DNA of 64,000 nucleotides from Eledone cirrhosa (taxonomy: Eukaryota). The notes below the pieces were generated by a model. That model did not search any database and was not told where the DNA came from. It was given only the letters and a program-made list of their open reading frames with translations. Positions 54,370-64,000 of this stretch are shown piece after piece (position 1 is the stretch's first letter; each line of letters begins with the position of its first letter). A program made the position numbers and the translations under genes. The DNA is taken from NCBI GenBank assembly GCA_964016885.1, contig OZ024753.1, forward strand, positions 5,766,001 through 5,830,000. The letters are read 5' to 3'.

Positions 54370-54712
54370 GTCACTAATGACCATGATATCTGCTCCTAGA
54401 ATGTTCCCCTTCGAAGCACAAGTCTGGGAAATGCTTTTTATTGAAGAATAAAACTGCGTGCCAGTTCTCCCTCTCCACGACACCGGTGTTGTCCAAAGAA
54501 AAGGCAATAACCGATCGATACAGCTTGGCATCAGTGACGTCGCAACTCAGTTTTCCAGCTGCATGAGCAACGTGAATTAATGTGTCTTGCTCAAGAACAC
54601 AACACCTTGTCCGGGCAGGGAATCGAATACATAACCTCATAACGTAAAGAGCCATACCTCTGTGCTGCAAAGCATGGTGTCTGACGCTCTAGTGATACTG
54701 TCAACCCACACC
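54370..54712 (-). mobile_element. Second SINE family copy (CORE-like), adjoining a main-family 5' fragment
   Basis: Minus strand has B-box-like ATTCGATTCC, then GTTGTGTTCTTGAGCAAGACAC...TTCACGTTGCTC shared with 231-270. Confidence 0.6.
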
Positions 54713-55777
54713 CTCAACGGCAGAATAATAACATCTTGACGTAATAGGAACTCAAAATCGATAATTCAAAAGCAAAGTAATATATTCAAACCATCGTACT
54801 TCTACACTGAATCATACGACAAAGTATATTCAAAATATCTTCAGCTTAGACTACTTAATGGTTATCAAATAAGATCTTTTGCCATATAGATATTTTGATT
54901 AATATGGTGATTTTATAACATTATTTGGTCAAATATCGGAGAAATGAAAACAAATGTGTAAATGATAAAGGTTTTTCCAATTAACGATCAATCATATTAG
55001 TTTAAAGAGAACAGATGCAGGCGTAAACACTCTAATGACCTTTAATAACCAATTATATGTTAGACAATTTAATATTGTTATTTGTTTTTTGTCGGTGACC
55101 AACGAACGAAAAATGTCTATAAACAGATATAATTTATTTATAAAAAAATTGCAAAATTTAACTTGGCAATAAATAGAAATAATCGACAGTTGAGATTAGT
55201 ACCATCCATCATATTCTTATATGTTTCGGTAAAGGTGTGTTCAATCTATTTATGTATAATTTCAATCAACATTTTGGATTTCCTGCTATGTGTGGAAAGG
55301 ATAGTTTGACAAGTAAATACATGCGAAATTCAATTAACATATATATAATTGCTCAAGTAATTCTAGGATAGTGAAAACGTGGTATTCATGTAGCAACTGT
55401 AAACTAAAGTGAAAATGTATTTAACCGAAACTGGTCATGAATTTCTAATCACTGTGAAGTCCTAACTGGCCGAGGATCATGCATTTTATGTATGATATGT
55501 TAGTAAAGTGTTTAATTGAAACAGAGTATAAAGTATTTGCTTATAATGCTCTGTTACCATAATGAAATAATATCTAAATAACATGATACAATAACATGCT
55601 CATCAGAAAACGTTATAAAGATTCGAAAATGACGTGAACTTGACAATGAGAAATGGACGAACGAGAAAATAAGACGAAACAAGATGTTATGTGTTACCTT
55701 ATTTATTTATCTGTTCTGATATTTCGAGCTAAAATCTCTTCTTCGGATGTCTATAAAGATTGTTAATACATCATTAT

Positions 55778-55963
55778 GGAGTAGATTGGCAGTATCGGTA
55801 GAGAGTCGGACGCCATGCTTTCCAGCATAGTTACGTCCCTTTACGGTCTGAGTTCAAATCCCGCCGAGGTTTACTTTGCCTATCATCCTTACGGGGTCGA
55901 TAAAATAAAGTACCAGTAATGCACTGGGTAATTGCTGGCCTTGTGTCTAAAGTAGAAACAATT
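55778..55963 (+). mobile_element. Near full-length SINE
   Basis: A/B boxes, family consensus, imperfect TSD ATTAT(G/T)GAGTAGA. Confidence 0.92.
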
Positions 55964-57420
55964 ATTGAGTAGAGCATTTATGTTGTATATGCTGGTTATA
56001 CATTGTATTTTAGATTCTAATATGTATGGGCAAATATTTTGACAGTAATTAGAGTAGCAATTTAGTAGTGAGTTGAGTTCCTGAAAAGGAAAGGGAATTT
56101 CATAAGAAGGAGCATCCTCAAATGTAGTTCACTACGGATGTGAAAGGATGCAACAATCCAGTAAAGAAGTCTTGGGTGAATCGGGATCTATGTGTGGTGT
56201 TTGTTATGAAGCAAATATGTGCGGATTTCCAAAGCACATTTTATAGGAAGAATTGAACATGGAGCTGGGCATTGGATCTTTTATCTCTTTTTTCAAAGAA
56301 AGGCTTATTATTGCTGTAGTAGAATCTTTTCTGTACATGTGTATAAGGAGTACAACAAAGCAAATAAGGATGGAACAAATTTTGCTTATGACACAATGTT
56401 TCATGTGAATAGAACCCCACCACTAGAGAAGTGTATCAGCAGCTTCCAGCTGTAATGGAAAGATAAGGCTGAGGAGAATGTAACTCGTAGTTCAGTGTAT
56501 CTGCCACTATGAAGAGATAGAATGTGATCTTGTTTAGTGGGAACTGTCAGAGGGATACAGAAACACGGGTATAGGTACATGTACATTGAAAGTACATTGA
56601 ATTGATAACCTGCTGGATGTTACCGGGGAAAATAATTTAGAAGAGCTCAGATTATTGATGATGGGTAGAGAATTTTGGAGATTGCACGTGTAACGAGAAA
56701 TATGTGTTCTAGCAATTTGTGTTGTCAGAGATAGATCTAAGGTAAAAATTGCATTCCAGTTGTGGCCAACGCAGTGAATAGAGCATCACAATTTCAAATA
56801 CTTTTCCTGTATCGGTTTTGTGATTATATAGATCTAGTGATTATGTAGTAGTTTCCTCTAAATCGTTTATGCGAAAAGCGTATACACATAGCTAAAATGA
56901 AGGCTACATCTGTCATCAGACTCCTGTGATCAATTCAGAAAGTGTGACAAAATATTGTCACCCTGAAATTCCAAGATTTTGTGAAGGTTTCTTTCGCTAA
57001 ATATCTATAAGTGTTTCAGTTTGAAAGGACCGTCTCCGATTAGGTCATTTGAGAAACAAATACAACTTGGCTCTAGCATTGAAAAATCGTTTCTTAAGCA
57101 AACTGAATTCTCAATGCATTCAACCGGAGACGAAATTAGGCCCAGGAGGTTTGAGTCAAAGTTTAGTTTTCCAAAACATATCAGGTTTTATGTAATTTAT
57201 ATTTTCCTAGTCGAACAGTAATGGGAATGATGTGTTATCAGGCAATTATTTATCTTCTTTTATGTTTCGTTTAATACACCCAACACACACAGACACATAT
57301 AGAGATACACACATACAAAAATACGTATCAGCATAGATACATAACATAACATAAACACGCACGTATACAAACACACCCATGAATGAAAATAGATACAAAC
57401 ATACACAGAAGCACACACAC

Positions 57421-57494
<74 letters not shown>

Positions 57495-57543
57495 TATATA
57501 TTATATATTATATATATATATTATATATTATATATATATATAT

Positions 57544-57575
<32 letters not shown>

Positions 57576-57805
57576 ATATATATACACAATATATATATTT
57601 ATTTATATCATTATCAATCTAATATATTATCAAATTAATGTATTTTAGGACCGCCTATTACGGAAATTCGAAAATAACAAAAGATAGTGTATTGTTTCTA
57701 TTTTGACTTCTAGGCACCAATTTTAAGGAAGATTTATCATTGAAATCATGCTTTATTTTCTTCCATTAAAATGTTATATTTGCGGTTCCATAAATGCATA
57801 TATAC

Positions 57806-57838
<33 letters not shown>

Positions 57839-57973
57839 CATACATACATACATACATACATACATACATACATACATACATACATAAATACATCCACAGA
57901 CATAAATACATACATAAATACATATATACATAAATACATTCATACATACAGACATAGATACATACATATATAA

Positions 57974-58060
<87 letters not shown>

Positions 58061-58211
58061 TATTTATGTATGTGGGTGTATGTATATATGTATGTGTATA
58101 TATATATATATATATACACATACACAAACTCACACATATATATATATGTGTGTATGTGTTGTATGTGTGTGTTTGTATATGTATGTATGGATATAGGTAT
58201 ATAAATTTATA

Positions 58212-58247
<36 letters not shown>

Positions 58248-58346
58248 CACAAATACACGCACATATATATATATTTATATATATATGCAGATGTAATACG
58301 CTAATATACATGTATACTTATATATACATCTACATACCCACCCAAT

Positions 58347-58436
<90 letters not shown>

Positions 58437-58676
58437 TGTGTGTGTGTGGGTGTGAATGTATATTTGTTTACAACTTTCTTCAAATATTTTAAACACAATA
58501 CATTATATGATAAATAGCAATAATTGGCAAAAGTCAACACTTTAGGAAAGAGATTTGATATATATTTGGTGTATTTGCTGTAATTATTTTCAAACGATAT
58601 TTCACAATCGTCATCTTCTCTTGATTTATTCTCAGAATACATCATACAGAAATAACAAACAATTATGTTTATACAA

Positions 58677-58800
<124 letters not shown>

Positions 58801-58806
58801 GCAATA

Positions 58807-58859
<53 letters not shown>

Positions 58860-58862
58860 ATA

Positions 58863-58913
<51 letters not shown>

Positions 58914-58972
58914 ATAATATGTATATATGTATATAAATATAAATATTAATAAAATAGATGTTCTTTTGATCA

Positions 58973-59035
58973 ATTACATTTTATTATACATATTTCGGAT
59001 GTACAACAGTACGTCCTCATCAGACAAAATATAAT
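58973..59035 (-). ncRNA. Type I hammerhead motif, best-preserved canonical core
   Basis: AUUAUAUUUUGU-CUGAUGA-GGAcGUAC uguu GUACaUCC-GAAA-UAUGUA-UA-AUAAAAUGUAAU; 12-bp stem I; G10.1-C11.1 intact. Confidence 0.85.
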
Positions 59036-59164
59036 GATACAGGACATACATTTTCTTAATATTTATATTTTAATATTAATAACTCCGGAAAATTATTTTT
59101 CGTAGAGTGCTTCCAATCTACTGTAAAACTCATTCTTTGACATACTCATTGAATATCGTTTAAC

Positions 59165-59226
<62 letters not shown>

Positions 59227-59230
<4 letters not shown>

Positions 59231-59434
59231 AACACGTAAGACCCGGACGGCTGAGCTCAAGCCGTTTCGACGGCTAATACTGGACTAAAATGATTTTAGT
59301 CCAGAATTAGCCGTCGAAACGGCTTGAGCTCAGCCGTCGGCGTCTTACTTGTTCCTATTACCCACTCTACTACCTTAAGTATTGAGTACTTTGGTGCGTT
59401 ATGGTCCACCTGGTTCCTTACCACATTTCCTTCG

Positions 59435-59436
<2 letters not shown>
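59227..59436. mobile_element. AGCCGTCGAAACGGCT-family element forming a 131-bp palindrome plus tail
   Basis: 59227-59291 vs 59293-59357, centre a single G at 59292; flanked by (TA)n on both sides. Confidence 0.85.
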
Positions 59437-59498
<62 letters not shown>

Positions 59499-59519
59499 CA
59501 TTCTGTATTCAGGCCAATC

Positions 59520-59900
59520 CTTACCTATGCCCATGTGTAATGACCGAAATAATAAGAAGGCGAATACAAGCTGCCGAAATGGGGCTCCTCCGAAGTGGAG
59601 TAATGTTACTCGATAGAGTTTGTAACTTGGAGATCAGAGAGTTGCTCTAGCTAGAGCCGTCACTTCTCCGAATTGAGCGATCACGACTGTGGTTAGAATC
59701 TCCCAGGAAAGAATCACTGGGCAGATTTTACGGGCAAAACCAACTGGCAGGAAACCTAGAGGTAGACCCCTAGTAAGATGGTTGGATAACATGAGCATTG
59801 GCTGGTTTCGCTTGGTCATCCAGCCGGTTTAGCTCGAGAAGGTTGCTTCTAAGAGGACTCACTGAATAGAGTGTATGAGAACTGCCACCACGACACTCTC
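59520..59900 (+). mobile_element. RTE-type RT C-terminal fragment
   Basis: RRRIQAAEMGLLR...LDRVCNLEIRE...RAKPTGRKPRGRPLVRWLDN. Confidence 0.75.
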
Positions 59901-59939
59901 TGGAATATATGGATGAAGGAGATATATACGCTGTTCATG

Positions 59940-60460
59940 TTAGCCTAAAGGCTAAGTTAACCTCGACGGGTTTTGAACCCAGAACGTAAAGGGCCATAAC
60001 TATTTACTGCAAAGCATGGTGTCTGACGCTCTTAATAATTATTTCTACTTTTGGAATAAAGCCAATTATCCTAGTGTATTACTGGTACTATATTTTATCA
60101 ACCCCGTAAGGATGAAAGGCAAAGTTAACCTCCACGGGATTTGAACTCAGACCATAAAGGGCCGTAACTGTTTGCTGCAAAGCATGGCTGCCAATCCACC
60201 GCCATTCAAATTCATAATAATAATAATTGTTTCTATTTTAGGCACAAGGCCAGCAATAACAATAATGATAATGTTTTCTAACTTTAAATGTTTTCTACTT
60301 TCAGTAGAAAGCCAGTAATACTCTTAGACATATAAAGTCGATTATATCGACCCCAGTATTTTACTGGTACTTTAATGTATAGACCAGAGTAGCAAGAAAT
60401 GAGAAGATGAACTTTTTCAGATTTGAACGCAAAATAACACAGCTGGAACGAATACCATAA
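59940..60460 (-). mobile_element. Cluster of four SINE fragments or copies
   Basis: Repeated TTTCTACTTT/GGCAAAGTTAACCTC/GATTTGAAC blocks at ~59950, 60040-60202, 60226-60258 and 60290-60460. Confidence 0.8.
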
Positions 60461-60792
60461 TTTCCTTGTTTTGACATTCTAACATTTCCCTCAAAATATA
60501 TTGTTAAACCTCATTAAAATATTACAAAGCATTATTTTTATTATTATCAATATTATATTTAATTTTCATATTGCTTTTCTTGGTGTACATTCTACAATAT
60601 AACATTCATTATTTCGTTAAACAATACTATTGTTTTTAGAAATATTTTTAGACAACACATACAAACAAACAAAAAAAATATATATATTATTTTCAAACAA
60701 ATGCTTCTATTTCTTCACCTCAAACAAATAAACAACCTGACACGTACGTGGCCGCATGCACATAACCACAAACACACACACATACACAATTG

Positions 60793-60834
<42 letters not shown>

Positions 60835-60906
60835 TGTGTATGTGTGTGTGTGTTTCTGTCTGCATCTTTCTCTTTACATATATACATATGTATGTAGGTA
60901 TGTATG

Positions 60907-60970
<64 letters not shown>

Positions 60971-61249
60971 CATATGTAAACATATATATGTACACACACA
61001 CACATATATATACACACATATATATATACACATAAATATATATATATATATATATGCACACGTATATGTATATATGCATGTAAATGTATTTACATACGAT
61101 TGTTTTCCAGCTTTGTAATTTCCAAACACCGAATTTATTTTTCGTTTGTATTGTTAAAAACGGATGATTATTTTTGACTCTTGTAATAATTGAATTGATT
61201 CATCATTATACATACATAGTTATATGCACACAAACACAGGTTCACACAC

Positions 61250-61297
<48 letters not shown>

Positions 61298-61384
61298 GTA
61301 TGTGTGTGTGAGTATGTATATATATTTATATATGTATACAAAGATACACACACATATAAATATATATATATATATATACACACA

Positions 61385-61453
<69 letters not shown>

Positions 61454-61655
61454 TTGTCTGAGTGTGTGTATGTATTAATCACACCCCAATTAAAGTTCAC
61501 CGTAGGTTTACACAATTTCGTATAGAAACAAGAACAAGTCCCTGTCCTAACGTACGTATACTTACACGTATGTTCACACACATGTGTACACACACATACA
61601 TACATACACATACACACACACACACATATATACACACACATACATACATACACAT

Positions 61656-61712
<57 letters not shown>

Positions 61713-61784
61713 ATATATAGATATGTATAAACATATATATGTATATATATATAGATACATATACGGATGAAAGTGGGGCCGGGA

Positions 61785-61850
<66 letters not shown>

Positions 61851-61943
61851 ATATATATATTTATATATATATCTATATATATATTTATATATATATCTAT
61901 ATATATATTTATATATATATCTATATATATATTTATATATATT

Positions 61944-61980
<37 letters not shown>

Positions 61981-62510
61981 ATATATATTTATATATATTT
62001 ATATATATATATAGAGAGAGAGAGATAGAGAAAGAGATAGTGACATAGAGCGACATGTTGGAGAACAATAAAGGAGGGTGTAGATAGAAAAAACAAGATG
62101 TCTGCTAAACATAAAATGTAAACGAGCAAATAACAAAACATTTCCCTCATTATTTGTATATGGCGTTCTATTTATTATCCTTTTATTCTAAAGTCAATTT
62201 AACAAGGTGACTCAATCAGGAACCTGACTTCTCCCATCTAACATCGTGGTTCTGTTACAGATTTCCGAGATCAAAAATAAATGAAATATTCATTTTTATC
62301 TCCGTAATTTTCTTCCATTTTACCATCAAAATGTTATTATTTCTTTTCTTTTCTTCAATATGAATTTTGGGTTTATATTGATATACTTTTATTTAAATTT
62401 AATTTGTATTCTATTAACTTATTGTATCCTCCGACGAGAGAGAAGGACTCCAACGTCCACACGCATTTTCACACACATCAACACAAAAACATATAGAGGT
62501 ATATTAATGC

Positions 62511-62573
<63 letters not shown>

Positions 62574-62622
62574 TATATGTACATGCATACACACACAAAC
62601 ACACATACACACTCAGACACAT

Positions 62623-62653
<31 letters not shown>

Positions 62654-62787
62654 CGTATGCATGTACATTCACACTTACGTACATATATATATGAACTCAT
62701 CCATATGCCCACCTAACTATCTGAGTAGCAATATACAACCACAAATGTACACACACACACACACACATACATACACACACACACATA

Positions 62788-62829
<42 letters not shown>

Positions 62830-63321
62830 ACCATACATTATATACACACAAATATCCTTACATACATACATACACACACTTTTATATGTATATATATTTT
62901 GGATGTCAAAACGTAAAAAAGGAGTTTGAATATATTGATTTGAAATTAATGCGAGAACTAATTTTTTATGATAAATAAAATGCATAAAACATTTTAGGTG
63001 GGGTTTTTGGGGGAAAATAACTGTAGTTATACTTTGTCTATATTTTTTAGATGCTGTGAATTTACTTTTTCTTTTAAATTATTCCCTAGATATACAAAGA
63101 AATGTATCCAAAAATATATCAATTCACTTATAAATAAATATAATATAAATCAATAAGGAAATCAATTTTACATTGTGTTACTTTAATCATTTTCTTTTTC
63201 TCTCTCGAAGAATTCGATTGTTTAAATATTTTTTTCTTACACACTACAATAAGTTGCAACTTCTGTCATTCCTGGTGTTAAAGAGCTGACAGAACTGACG
63301 GATGTTCGAATTCTTTGGCAT

Positions 63322-63374
<53 letters not shown>

Positions 63375-63528
63375 TAAAAGGAAAAGAAAATGCTGACAAA
63401 TTGTTCCCAGTGAAAAATAGTTTAATTAGGAATAAGCAAAAATTAGTAATAGTATTGGTTAGTATTCAGTTTTGGTTTTAAGTTTTACCGGTTGCGCATT
63501 TCTAATGCTTTTCAAAAATATTTCGAGA

Positions 63529-63586
63529 TAGAGCGCCCATTGATGTTTGCTCTAATCTGATTAGAGCAAACATCACGGGCGCTCTA
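63529..63586. repeat. Near-perfect 28-bp hairpin with 1-nt loop
   Basis: TAGAGCGCCCatTGATGTTTGCTCTAATC t GATTAGAGCAAACATCAcGGGCGCTCTA; abuts a terminus of the 12.2 kb element family. Confidence 0.88.
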
Positions 63587-64000
63587 AATTTCTTATCTGA
63601 AAACGTGTGTTGAAACAGATATTGTTATACTTTGGGAGGGTCTTGTTGCCAATAAAAACACACACACCTTCAGTTTACATTAAATTTCCGGTTGGTTGGT
63701 TGGTTTATATATTCATGTATTTCACAGAAACTATATACGAAACTGAAATATTAAACTCCCAGCCATGCCCCGTTCACATTCACTCAGAAATTCATCTCAT
63801 GCATAAATATATTTATATGATGACAGGTATTGCAATAAGGAAATTGGTGCGAATATGCTTCATCAATTTAGGTCTTAATATTAATGAAGTTTTCCTCGTG
63901 ACAATTATTGTATTATACCAGCCTCTGAAGATATGCTGCTGTATATCTGGAAGACATATAATTAATTGGTAAATATATATAAGAGCACTTAAACTTTCTT

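Noticed and set aside
56150-56800. Moderately GC-richer stretch that might be an old LINE fragment or exon
   Set aside because: No recognisable motif, and the frames I read contain stops.

Overview
This is AT-rich animal genomic DNA, and the repeat content suggests an octopus or other cephalopod (inference). It is dominated by (TA)n, (CA)n, (TACA)n and (GAT)n microsatellites, so most ORFs in the supplied track are repeat artefacts. Recognisable content: (i) roughly 25 copies or fragments of a tRNA-derived SINE, many with clear 9-18 bp target-site duplications; (ii) a decayed, 5'-truncated RTE-clade LINE (24664-27861, minus) with APE endonuclease, RT and a C4HC3 PHD-like finger inside the RT region, plus several RTE 3' fragments; (iii) one hAT/Charlie-like and one Tigger-like MITE; (iv) putative exons of an unidentified plus-strand gene (13870-14811, 29938-30112, 50018-50361) whose peptides resemble one another. 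The most striking signal is about 15 small type-I hammerhead-ribozyme-like motifs from about ten sequence families. They include U3-A8 and C4 core variants and mostly have palindromic (dimer-type) stem III. They sit in short, often fold-back (inverted-repeat) elements embedded in (TA)n tracts, an architecture that best fits non-autonomous Penelope-like retroelements. All folds and alignments were done by eye; no database search or activity test was possible.
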